The notes beneath the pieces were generated by a model. The model was given only the letters and a program-made list of their open reading frames with translations. It was not told the DNA's origin and did no database searches. The translations under genes were made by a program, and so were the position numbers. A DNA stretch of 64,000 nucleotides from an uncultured delta proteobacterium (GTDB lineage Bacteria; Desulfobacterota; Binatia; Binatales; Binataceae), in the NCBI GenBank assembly GCA_963765675.1, contig CAVXXK010000001.1, positions 96,001-160,000 of the forward strand, read 5' to 3'. Below, piece by piece: positions 1 to 11,841 of this stretch; position 1 is the first letter of the stretch; the number at the start of each line of letters is the position of its first letter.

Positions 1-2141
1 GTTCTACGTCGCGGGCCCGGGCCACGGTGGCGCGGCATTGGTGGGGAACGTCTATCTCGAGGGCACCTGGAGCGAGATCTATCCGAACGTCACTCAGGAC
101 GAGGCCGGGATGAAAGAGCTGTTCAAGCAATTTTCGTTTCCAGGCGGGATCTCCAGCCACGTTGCGCCGACGACGCCGGGCTCGATTCACGAAGGTGGCG
201 AGTTGGGATATTCGCTCAGCCATGCTTTTGGCGCCGCGTTCGACAATCCTGATCTGATCGTCGCCTGCATAATCGGTGACGGTGAGGCGGAAACCGGTCC
301 GCTCGCGACCTCATGGCAGTCCAACAAGTTTCTCGACCCAATAACCGACGGAGCTGTGCTGCCGATCCTGCATCTCAATGGCTACAAGATCAGCAACCCG
401 ACCGTGCTCGCCCGCATCGAGCACGAAGAGTTAGAGCAATTTCTACGCGGCTGTGGCTGGACGCCCTACTTTGTGGAAGGTGACGAGCCGGAAAAGATGC
501 ATCAACTCATGGCCGCCACCATGGAAAAGGCCATCGAAGATATCCGACAAATCCAAAGCGACGCGCGCAAGAAGAACGACACCACTCGGCGACGTTGGCC
601 AATGATCGTCCTTAAGTCACCTAAAGGCTGGACCGGTCCGAAATTCGTCGACGGCTTGCAAATCGAGGGTACCTTCCGCTCCCACCAGGTGCCCCTGCTG
701 GTGGATCCCGAGCATCCCGACCATGTCAAGCTGCTTGAAAGCTGGATGAAAAGCTACCGGGCCGAGGAGTTGTTCGACGAGCGTGGCCGTCTCATGCCTG
801 AATTGGCCGAGCTGGCGCCTAAGGGAGAGCGGCGGATGGGCGCCAACCCGCACGCCAACGGCGGCATTCTGCTGCACGACCTGCGTATGCCGGATTTCCA
901 CGAGCATGCGGTGCACGTGCCTTCGCCCGGCGCCGTCAGCGGCCAGGATACGCTCGTGCTTGGCAGTTTTCTGCGCGATGTGGCCAAGCTGAATCAGGAT
1001 AAGCGCAATTTCCGTGTCTTCGGCCCCGATGAGACACTGTCGAATTTGTTGGGTGCGGTGTTCGAAGTCACCGACCGTCAGTGGGACGCTCGCAAAGTTA
1101 ACAATGACGAATTCCTCGCGCCCGCTGGACGCGTGCTGGACTCAATGCTCAGCGAGCATCAGTGCGAGGGTTGGTTGGAAGGATATCTACTGACCGGAAG
1201 GCATGGGCTCTTCAACAGCTATGAAGCCTTCATTCGCATCATCGACTCGATGTTCAGCCAGCACGCCAAGTGGCTCAAGGTGACGCTGGAACTGCCCTGG
1301 CGGCGGAAGATCTCGTCGCTGAACTATCTGCTCGCCTCTCACGTATGGCAGCAGGATCACAATGGCTTCACGCACCAAGACCCAGGTTTCCTCGACCACG
1401 TGATCAACAAGAAGGCCGATATCGTGCGCGTCTATTTACCACCCGACGCGAACTGTCTGCTATCGGTTTTCGATCACTGCCTGCGCAGCCGGGATTACGT
1501 CAACGTAGTGGTGGCCGGCAAGCACGCGCTTCCCCAATGGTTGACCATGGATGAGGCGGTCGTGCATTGCACCGAAGGAATTGGCATCTGGCAATGGGCC
1601 AGCAACGATCAGGGCTCCGAGCCGGACGTGGTAATGGCCTGTTGTGGCGATACGCCCACGCTGGAGATCCTGGCCGCTGTTTCTATCCTTCGCAAACATC
1701 TGCCTGAACTGAAAATCCGGGTGATAAATGTGGTCGATCTCATGAAGCTGCAGCCCGCCGCAGAGCACCCTCACGGTCTGAACGAGAGAGATTACGACTC
1801 ACTCTTCACCAGGGACAAGCACATCATCTTTGGCTTCCATGGATACCCATGGCTGGTCCATCGCCTGACCTACCGCAGTACCAACCGCAACCTTCACGTC
1901 CGGGGCTACAAGGAAGAGGGCACGATTACGACGGCCTTCGACATGAGGGTCCAGAATGACCTTGATCGATTTCACCTGGTGCAGGATGTGGTGGATCGGC
2001 TACCGCATTTGGGCGCCAAGGGAAGATACCTGAAGCAGATGATGCAGGAGAAGCTCATCGAGCACAAGCATTACATTGACCAGTACGGTCAGGATCTGCC
2101 GGAGATTCGTAACTGGAAATGGGGTCGCGGCGAAACAAAAA
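1..2141 (+). CDS. xfp: Phosphoketolase (XFP), 5' end outside window; stop codon obscured by homopolymer artefact
   Basis: GPGHG at the window start, [11 protein letters not shown], ThDP motif [42 protein letters not shown]-terminal EIRNWKW. Confidence 0.95.
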
Positions 2142-3351
<1,210 letters not shown>

Positions 3352-3442
3352 CAGAAAGAGAAACTGCTGGCAGGAACGGACGGAAAAGCGGAAGCGAACA
3401 TCGAGCACAACTTGTCCTGAAACGAACCCAAAGGAGGCCGAA

Positions 3443-3805
3443 ATGCCCGATCAACTCAATGAAGAAAACGGCGGAAAGATTCTCGCCGTTCGCGTCAGCG
3501 GGAAGCTGGTAAAGGCGGATTACGAGTACTGTGTGCCCGAGTTCGAGCGGCTCATCCGGCAACACGGAAAATTACGCGTGCTGTTCGATCTGACCGGTTT
3601 CCACGGCTGGGAAGCTGGCGCTCTGTGGGACGAAATCAAGTTCGACATTAAACACTTTGCCGATATCGAACGGATCGCAGTCGTCGGGGATAAGAAGTGG
3701 CAGCACGGCATGGCAACATTCTTCAAACCATTTACGAAAGCGACGACCCAATACTTCGATCATGCCGACGCCATTGAGGCGCGGAAGTGGTTGGGAGAAG
3801 CGTAG
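3443..3805 (+). CDS. STAS/SEC14 (SpoIIAA-like) domain protein
   Basis: AAGGAGG RBS before ATG; [10 protein letters not shown]...[24 protein letters not shown]...[12 protein letters not shown]...EARKWL. Confidence 0.85.
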   Translation: MPDQLNEENGGKILAVRVSGKLVKADYEYCVPEFERLIRQHGKLRVLFDLTGFHGWEAGALWDEIKFDIKHFADIERIAVVGDKKWQHGMATFFKPFTKATTQYFDHADAIEARKWLGEA

Positions 3806-3909
3806 CCGCTTCAAACCGGGCCATCAAGCACACGCAGTCCCCCGACAAACACAGGCAGGACGAGATAGTGATGTCCCGGCGGCTTACGCAATCAAAGGAA
3901 CCATCGGAA

Positions 3910-4950
3910 ATGAATACGCAAGTGCTTATCGACACCGCGCAAGCGTTGGTCGCCGGCGACAAAGGTTTGCTGGCGATGGATGAAAGTAATCCAACCTGCA
4001 ACAAACGATTTGCCAGGGTGGAAATTCCCCAGACCGAAGAGGCCAGGCGCGCCTTCCGAGAATTGCTAGTGACCACACCGGGTCTCGGCGAGTCTATTAG
4101 TGGCGCGATCCTATACGACGAGACGATCCGCCAGCGGAAGAAAGATGGCACTCCGTTTGTCCAAGTCCTCACCGATGCGGGAATCATTCCGGGAATCAAA
4201 GTTGACACCGGCGCAAAGCCCTTGGCAGGACATTCAGGCGAGAAAATGACCGAATGGTTTGGATGGTGGCGTGACTGCTTGGCTGAATACTTTCGCATCG
4301 TCGTTTGGTTCGTCAAATGGCGCGCAAGTGATTACCATTGGCGATGGGAATCCCGAGTTTGGGCCGCATTTATGCCAAACGTATATGCTCTTGGGCTTGT
4401 TATGCGACGAATGTAAAAAGAAACCGGACTGGTCCCTGCCGTCGAGCCGGAAGTGCTCATGGCCGGTGAACAATTTTGGACCGATGCCGAGGGGTGACGG
4501 AGGACGTCCTGCGAACGGTTTTCAACCAACTGAATGCTCAACGCGTGATTCTGGAAGGTATGATCCTCAAACCCAACATGGTGCTTCCGGGATTGGACTG
4601 CCCGAGGCAAGAAGCGGTGGATGAGGTGGCCGACGCCACCGTGAAGTGTCTCCTGCGCTCGTTCCCGCCGCTGTGCCAGGGATTGCGTTCTTGTCGGGCG
4701 GGCAATCCGGTGAGCTGGCTTCGGCGCGTTTGAATGCCATGAACGTTCGATTCAAGTCGCGACTTCCGTGGGCGTTGGCGTTTTCGTTTGCCCGCGCCAT
4801 CCAGCAATCGGCCTTAAGATTTGGCAAGGCAAGGAGGTCCAGATAATTGCGGCACAGCAAGCTCTGTATCATCGAGCCAGTTGCGACCGGGCTGCGCGCC
4901 GTGGCGAATACAGCTCGGCAATGGACAAGGACATTCGCGCACGGCAAGTA
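3910..4950 (+). CDS. Fructose-bisphosphate aldolase class I, multiply frameshifted (end approximate)
   Basis: [61 protein letters not shown] spread over different frames. Confidence 0.85.
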
Positions 4951-5026
4951 TCCCGCAACTCGCGAGACCCACGGCATAGCAAAAGACAGACTTACTCGCG
5001 TCCTTTGCGAGTCCTGAGCGAACCCG

Positions 5027-5593
5027 ATGACCGGGAAACCCAAGCATCATGTAGTCTCCTATCTGGGATTCGCCGCGTGGGTTGCCTATGGCGTTTTGGG
5101 CGCAGCGGAGATTGGAGAACGGCAGCCGGCGCAGGGTTGGTGATCATGCTGGCGATCGTTGCGCTAGAGATTCGTACCCGAAGCGTCAAGATAATCGATT
5201 GCACTTCGCTCGCCTTTTTCCTCCTTGCGATTGTCGAGCTCACCACCATTCGTGAAGGGTATTTCATTCGCTACCAGACCATCTTCGGATGGGGCTTATT
5301 CGCGGTAGCCGCATGGGTAACAATGATTATAGGAGTTCCCTTCAGGCTTCAGTACGCTCAAGAGAGAGCGCCTCATGAGTTGTGGGACAAGCCATTGTTT
5401 CGCAGGGTTCATTTTCGTCTCAGTGTCGCATGGGCGGTTATCTTCACAGTCGATACCATTTTGGCAGCTATCGCACTGGTATCGGACACCGATTGCTGCT
5501 GGTCGTGATCGTACCGGTCGCGAGCTGGTTCTGGGCTTCTTATTGACCGTGCTCTATCCGGCATACTACCGCCGCGAGTCGGCGCACAAATGA
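5027..5593 (+). CDS. Hypothetical multi-pass membrane protein (frameshifted)
   Basis: Several hydrophobic helices in ORFs 4768-5508 and 5375-5593; PFxLQYAxE...W..PLFRRV motif. Confidence 0.55.
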
Positions 5594-5815
5594 CAAAGAG
5601 GTCCCTTCCTGGCGGCGATGGTCATGATTGTGCTCAGCGGCGCGAACTGAATGTCGGATTTTCTCGCAACCGCGATGATGCGCGTTCCTCCGAAAGCTAT
5701 TTTGATTCGGTCATTCTCAACGACAAGGCCGGTTTGTCATGGGACTCTCATTGCGCCGTGCTCAAAGTGTCGAATTGAGAGCACGTTGCGACAGATTGGC
5801 GTACTGATTTACAAA

Positions 5816-6643
5816 TTAACTCGTTTGCGCCCGAAGGATGAGTGCGAACGAATCAGCCTTTAGGGACGCCCCACCGACCAGAGCACCGTCAATGTCGGGC
5901 TTCGAGATTAGGGAGTCAACATTTTCGTCGTTGACGCTTCCGCCGTACAAAATCCTGACCCTTTGCGCATCATCGCGGCCGAAACGTTGGCTGAAAGCGG
6001 CGCGGACGGCGCCGTGAATCGATTCGGCCTCTTCCGGCGTCGCCGTGCTGCCGGTTCCGATCGCCCATAACGGCTCGTAAGCCATCACTACCCCTCTCAC
6101 CTGCTCGGCCGTTAACTCTCCAAGGGCGCCTTCCATCTGGCGCAAGATGATTTCCAACACGCGACCGGCGTCGTGCTCCTGCTTGGTTTCGCCTATGCAC
6201 AGGATCGGGACGAGCCCATGCAACAGCGCCGCGCGTACCTTCTTCTTAATCAAGTCGTCGTTTTCACCGAAGATATGCCTGCGCTCGGAGTGCCCAACGA
6301 TTACGTGCGTTACGCCGAACGACTTAAGCATCAACGGAGAAATCTCACCGGTGAACGCGCCCTTCTCTTCGTAATACATATTCTGCGCGCCAAGCTTGAT
6401 CGGCGAACCCTTGAGCGCTTCAGCAACCGCGGAAATGAGGTTCGCCGGCGGCGCGATCATTACCTCGCGGTCACGCAGCAACCAATTTGCGTCGCGTTCG
6501 ATATCGTCGCGGACTGCGGTAATAAGGGCCCACGCCTCCGGCGGCCTCAGGTGCATCTTCGAGTTAGCCGCGAGGAGCTTTTTTCGCAGCGCGGGTGAAC
6601 GTCGGTCCTTGCATTCTCTGAAGCTTCGATATTTGTGAACCAA
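5816..6643 (-). CDS. tpiA: Triosephosphate isomerase (true start probably ~6586)
   Basis: AANSKMH, GAFTGEIS, VGHSERR, AYEPLWAIGTG, ILYGGSV, DGALVGGASL. Confidence 0.95.
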   Translation of the reverse strand: MVHKYRSFRECKDRRSPALRKKLLAANSKMHLRPPEAWALITAVRDDIERDANWLLRDREVMIAPPANLISAVAEALKGSPIKLGAQNMYYEEKGAFTGEISPLMLKSFGVTHVIVGHSERRHIFGENDDLIKKKVRAALLHGLVPILCIGETKQEHDAGRVLEIILRQMEGALGELTAEQVRGVVMAYEPLWAIGTGSTATPEEAESIHGAVRAAFSQRFGRDDAQRVRILYGGSVNDENVDSLISKPDIDGALVGGASLKADSFALILRAQTS

Positions 6644-6832
6644 CCCTGTTTGGCAGGAGCAAAATAATATCTGTAACCCGCGGCCCTACCTGTTCCGGCA
6701 CCTTTAACGCATCGGCCCGATAATTCTTTCTTGAGGCACGGTTCTTATTTCAGATCCGCGTTCTGGTAGCGCTGAGTTCTTAACTGGTGAGTTACTGCTA
6801 CGTGGCTGAGTCCTGGGCCGAAGGCCTTAAGG

Positions 6833-7381
6833 CTATTTAGCCGGAAGCTCGGAACGTTCTTCGCTTTTGGTCCCGTGCAATGCCAGCTCCGTGGGGTGCG
6901 TAGTCTGTATGATGTCCTTGGCCTTGGCGACTTCGGCTGCGGTGCCATGGGCTAGGACAATAAACTTGTCAGCCTTGAGCGCCGACTCGTATTTCAGGAC
7001 ACTGTCTCGAGGGATACCGATGCTGTATAGCCCCGCGCCGACCGCAGTTAAGCCGCCCACCACCACCGCGCCTTCAAGAGCGCCGACAATCCACGCAACG
7101 AGAGGACCAGCCACCAACACCGGCCCGATTCCCGGAATAGCGAAGAACGCGGCTCCGAATAAAAATCCCCAGAAGCCTCCCCAAAAAGCTCCGACTTTGC
7201 CCCAGTACTTCATGCGATTGCCGGTGTTGTAGTAACCGGTAACGTCTTCTTCGGAGTGATAATCCTTTCCGACGATTGACAGTTTTCTCATGTCAAATCC
7301 GGACTTCTGAAGACTCTTCACCGCATCTTCTGCTTGAGAGTGTGTGTCGTAGATAGCTACAACTGAGTTTGTTTTCGTCAT
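6833..7381 (-). CDS. General stress protein (YflT/17M-like) with Gly-rich membrane hairpin
   Basis: VVAIYDTHSQAEDAVKSLQKSGF..LSIVGKD; GAFWGGFWG..IPGIGPVLVAGPL..IGIP. Confidence 0.8.
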   Translation of the reverse strand: MTKTNSVVAIYDTHSQAEDAVKSLQKSGFDMRKLSIVGKDYHSEEDVTGYYNTGNRMKYWGKVGAFWGGFWGFLFGAAFFAIPGIGPVLVAGPLVAWIVGALEGAVVVGGLTAVGAGLYSIGIPRDSVLKYESALKADKFIVLAHGTAAEVAKAKDIIQTTHPTELALHGTKSEERSELPAK

Positions 7382-8375
7382 GACTTAGGCTGCTCCCTAT
7401 AGTACCAGGATGAGTGACTATTTGTTGTGTGTTGTCGGCGTTCAGTACTCAACCGGCCCGACTCTATTTGTTGAGAAACGGCTCTCCACGTCGAAGTGTG
7501 AGGACCAGACTAGCTATTTCCTAAGGACTTCTCTCTGAGTGCCAAAAACGCTCACGTACTTTTGTAGCCTCAAAAGAGAGGATCAACAATGCCATTAAAC
7601 CGCACGACAAATTTAGAGCGTTTCCTACTCGTATCCGGTTGATTCGATCAGGTATCTATTCTCGCCCTATTGTCGCATCTCGCAGGCGGGTCTCATTCCT
7701 CAACGATCTTTGACCGCCTTCGCTCGCAACCTCTCGCTTAGGCGCACCACAAATGCAGTAGTTGCTATAGGTTGAAAGGTCTTTCCCCAATCGGCCCCGA
7801 CCGGCGAAGAACTGAGAAGTTTAGACAGTTTTGCTTTCATTGACCGATGACCTATTCCACTGAAGAGTGTGTGGCGAGTGTCATCCGACGCCACAGCCAA
7901 AAGGCTTCCACCGCGTATTTTAACCTGAGCGAGCATAAGGGCGCATCAAGCTGAGAGCACGACCGGTTATCTGGAGAACAGACCACGCCGATCTCGGGGC
8001 TGGGCGGACCAGCGAATCTGTTAGGATCAAACGACATAGCGTCCACTATACGAATCTCCGAAACTCGGGAATTTCTAGTAGAACGTTAAACATATCCCTC
8101 TTTGCGGTTCTTCGCAGATGCTGAGTTGGACGCCGCAGGACGGGGAACAAAATGTCGGCCAGGGTTGCGATCAATGGATTTGTTTGCGAAGGCCACAGAT
8201 TCGTCCGAATTGCGCGCACCATTCGGACCCCGAATTGGTCGCAGTAAATGCAGCGTTGAACGCGTGCTTCAGGTCGCGCGGTGAGACCGCCATCGCCGAG
8301 GAAGTGCTTTCGGCCTTTGTTTGCAAAATCGGAGGCCGTCAAGAAAAGGACTACTCGCCACCGAGGAAGCGACTA

Positions 8376-8504
8376 ATGTACGTGTCTCGTTCAAACGCGC
8401 TAGTGCTCTTCGGGGTGACGGGCAATGTCGCGCGTATGATGATCTTTCGCGCGCTCTATGCGATGGTCGCACCCGAGCAGCTTCTCAAACTGACCTCCAA
8501 GTGA
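8376..8504 (+). pseudogene. zwf: N-terminal remnant of glucose-6-phosphate dehydrogenase
   Basis: SNALVLFGVTGNVARMMIFRALYAMV resembles the G6PD NADP-binding start (LVLFGxTGDLA.KxIFPALY); stops after ~42 codons. Confidence 0.55.
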
Positions 8505-9804
8505 ACGAATGGCCGGCGCGAAATCAATCGGCGACGCTGAGCTGGAAAGGCTTCAGCGCAATCGTTCAGTTACTTTCTGCATGAGACGAATCCGGACAAC
8601 GGGCTGGTAATCGATAAGACCGCGGCGAATTGGCCTGCCAGCATTGCCGCTACCGGCTTCGCGTTTGCGGCTTATCCAGTGGCTGTCGAGCGCGGATTGA
8701 TGCCGCGTGCCGCCGCGGTGGAACGAACGCTAGCCACGCTGCGTTTTTTCTGGAACAGCCCACAGGGCCCCGAGCCCGATGCGACCGGGTACCAAGGCCT
8801 TTACTATCATTTTCTCGACATGCGAACCGGCCGGCGCGCCTGGCAATGTGAACTATCAACAATAGATAGCGCTTTCTGCTGGCGGGGCGTTGACGGCGGG
8901 AGTCTATTTCGACGCGGACACCTCCGACGAGCACGAAATCCGCACGCTCGCTGACCAGCTCTATCGCCGCGCGGATTGGCAATGGGCGCAAAACCAAGGC
9001 GCAACGCTTACCCACGGTTGGAAGCCCGAGAGCGGATTTCTCGAATACCGCTGGGCAGGTTACGACGAAGCGATGGTGCTGTATGTCCTGGCAATGGGCT
9101 CGCCCACCCATCCGCTGCCCGAGAGCTCCTACGCGGCATGGGTTTCGACTTACCGATGGCGACAATGTTACGGATACGAATATCTTTACGCCGGGCCTTT
9201 GTTCACCCATCAACTCTCCCACGTCTGGATTGACTTTCGCGGCATTCAGGATGCGTTCATGCGCGTCAAAGGCATCGATTATTTCGAGAACAGCCGTCGT
9301 GCGACCTACGTCCAACAACAGTACGCGATAGACAACCCACTCAAGTTCACCGGCTATAGCCGCCATTGCTGGGGAATTACTGCGAGCGACGGCCCCGGCG
9401 GCGAGACGATCAAGGTGCGCGGCATCGAGCGCCAATTCTTCGATTACCTGGGACGAGGCGTGCCGTATGGGCCCGACGACGGTACCATCGCGCCGTGGGC
9501 GGTAGTAACATCGCTGCCATTCGCGCCCGAGATCGTGCTGCCCACAATCGACTATTATATCAACCAAATTAAATTAACCGCGCACAACCCTTACGGCTTC
9601 AAGGCGACTTTCAACCCGACCTATCCGGTAAAATCCAGCAATTCCTGTGGCTGGGTATCACCATGGCATTATGGTCTTAATCAAGGACCGATCGTCTTAA
9701 TGATCGAAAACTATCGTACCGGCTTATTGTGGCGATTGACGCGCGACTGCCCTTACATCGCTGTCGGATTGCGGCGAGCTGGTTTTGCCGGGGGTTGGTT
9801 GTGA
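8501..9804 (+). CDS. Glycoamylase/GH144-like (putative endo-beta-1,2-glucanase), frameshifted in its 5' part
   Basis: YFLHETNPDNGLVIDK, SIAATGF, YYHFLD, STIDSA, GYDEAM, GPLFTHQLSHVWIDFRG, WGITASDGP, DGTIAP, GLNQGPIVLMIENYRTG. Confidence 0.85.
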
Positions 9805-9925
9805 AACCTGTACATATTGATATAACGGCCTTCCTCCGCGACCGCGAGATGCGTAAGCCGCATGGCCTAGCACCCTCGCGTCGCATTTCGAGGTTTCTCC
9901 GGCGGACCGCGACAGGAGGTGCCGG

Positions 9926-10564
9926 TTGCGAAGATTGAATCACCCGATCAAAGATAATTCTCTCTCGATTGTGCTGTTCGGGCTCTTCGCGATATGCATT
10001 TCCGTGCAAAGTGTTGTTGGCTGGCGGCTGCAAAACGAGACGCTTGTGGCGCACGCGCAGGCGTTGATCGGCTATTGGCATTTTCTTGCAACCGGGGCGT
10101 TCCTGGAGGGGCTCGCTTCTAATTGGCAGGCGGCCGTCCTGCAGCTTGGCTCGCTGATCATATTCAGCAGCTTCTTATATCAGCGCGGCGCGCCGCATTC
10201 CCGCGATCCGGGCAAAGCGAAACGTAAACACACCCGACGCGAAGCCCTTCGCTTCAGTTGGTTGTACCGCAATTCGCTGTTGGTAGCGTTTTTTCTGCTG
10301 TTTGTGCTCGCGCTCGCTCTGCATATAGTTTTCGGCACTAAAGCTTACAACGAGCAACGTGCGCTCGCGGGCCAATCGCCGATCTCGATCGCGGCGTTTT
10401 TGCGCTCGGCTAAATTCTGGTCGACAACCCTGGAAACCTGGCAGGCGGAATATCTGGTGATCACGCTCTATGTCGTGCTCACAATCTTTCTGCGTCAGGA
10501 GGACTCGCCGGAATCGAAGCCACTCGAATCCAGAACCGCAACCACCGGCGAGGCGAACAAGTGA
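9926..10564 (+). CDS. DUF6766-like membrane protein
   Basis: Two-fold internal repeat NSL...NWQ / NSL...TWQAEYL; LRQEDSPESKP. Confidence 0.75.
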   Translation: MRRLNHPIKDNSLSIVLFGLFAICISVQSVVGWRLQNETLVAHAQALIGYWHFLATGAFLEGLASNWQAAVLQLGSLIIFSSFLYQRGAPHSRDPGKAKRKHTRREALRFSWLYRNSLLVAFFLLFVLALALHIVFGTKAYNEQRALAGQSPISIAAFLRSAKFWSTTLETWQAEYLVITLYVVLTIFLRQEDSPESKPLESRTATTGEANK

Positions 10565-10682
10565 GTACCGCGCTGTCCCCTGCCACCACGCGGAAATTAC
10601 CTCCCGCGTTATCATTGTAAGGTTCTCGGAAGGCCGCCAGCCGGCAACCTTATGAATGGCTCGGGATGCGCACCGACGATGG

Positions 10683-10913
10683 TCACCTCTGTGGCCGGCG
10701 CACATCCTGTCTGACCGGGCTTAAAAAGATTCCGTGTGCCCGCAAATCCTTAAAAACAGAATATGCATAGAGCAGAAACCCGAGGCCGAACAAAGGAACG
10801 CCAAAAAAGAAAAACAGGCACATCGTGATCGGTGTGGTCTCGACAATGCACGGGACCGCGAGCAAAAACCCAAGGCCAGTAGAAATCAGGGCGGATTCTA
10901 TCAGCGTTGGCAT
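10683..10913 (-). CDS. Small two-TM membrane protein, last gene of the cytochrome operon
   Basis: 76-aa hydrophobic ORF starting 4 bp after the tetraheme stop. Confidence 0.6.
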   Translation of the reverse strand: MPTLIESALISTGLGFLLAVPCIVETTPITMCLFFFFGVPLFGLGFLLYAYSVFKDLRAHGIFLSPVRQDVRRPQR

Positions 10914-10917
10914 ATGC

Positions 10918-11406
10918 TTATACCTGTGGTGTGTGAATCGGCTGGTGGCACGTAACGCAGCTAAGTTGATTAGCCAGAAGCGGCTTCATCACCGCCGCGT
11001 GCGCAGGATTGGTTCTGAAGTTTTCCGCCGGACCGTGGCATTGGAGGCAGTTTGCGTTCGGGAAAGGCTTGTAGAGCTTAATTTGTTTCGGCATTTCTAT
11101 GAAACCATAATAAGTCGCCACGTGCCCCATACTTAAAGCTTGGTTTAATCGGCCCATGAAGCCGTAATCGGCATGGCAGGTATAGCATTGATCATTAAGG
11201 ATCCAGCGATTGCGGAAATGCATCGCGGCTAAGGACTTGCTCTTCGGATTGTGCAGATCGGCCATCCAGGGCGTCATAGTATGGCAATCAGCACAAAAGG
11301 TTACGTGTGCAGCCCGCTGGAAGGAGAGCGCAAAAGTGGCGAGTCCAACCAGGGCCGGGGCGACTCCAAGAACAATCAGTAGCAATAGTTTTTCTCGTGT
11401 ATCCAC
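10918..11406 (-). CDS. NapC/NirT/CymA-like membrane-anchored tetraheme cytochrome c
   Basis: N-terminal TM helix; four CxxCH (CADCHTM, CYTCH, CLQCH, CVTCH); first motif is CxxCHxM. Confidence 0.85.
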   Translation of the reverse strand: MDTREKLLLLIVLGVAPALVGLATFALSFQRAAHVTFCADCHTMTPWMADLHNPKSKSLAAMHFRNRWILNDQCYTCHADYGFMGRLNQALSMGHVATYYGFIEMPKQIKLYKPFPNANCLQCHGPAENFRTNPAHAAVMKPLLANQLSCVTCHQPIHTPQV

Positions 11407-11431
11407 CGGATGACGACGCCGGGTCGCCCGC

Positions 11432-11781
11432 TCAGGAACCGAAGTGCTTCAAGTAGGCGACCAGATCCTTCACTTGGTCGTCGCTGAGATCGGGAAATGC
11501 CGGCATTACCGGCGACTCGCTTACCGCTTTGCCGCCCTCTTTATCGATTTCGCAATCCAGGCGTCGGATTTGCCTTTTAACGACACGGCGAAGTCCGCAG
11601 GCGCCGGCTTCAAATATTTGCCAGCGGGACCGTCACCTTTGCCGCTGGTTCCATGACAGCCAGCGCAATGCTGGTATATAGCGCAGCCGCCGTTTGAGCG
11701 TCCGACTGTGGAGCCACGAGCAGGGTCACTACAAATGCCGCAAGTGTCATCGATAGAAACCGGGAGAAAGTTTGTTCGCAA
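11432..11781 (-). CDS. Periplasmic monoheme cytochrome c (frameshifted)
   Basis: CAGCHGTSGKGDGP...PAPADF; after a frameshift, MPAFPDLSDDQVKDLVAYLK stop. Confidence 0.85.
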
Positions 11782-11841
11782 TCAATGATCTCCCCATGCT
11801 TGTTGATTATGCGGATATTTTTCCGTGCGTGACCAACATTC

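Noticed and set aside
7638-7652. FNR-box-like TTGAT-TCG-ATCAG
   Set aside because: The spacer is 3 nt instead of 4 and one half-site is imperfect.
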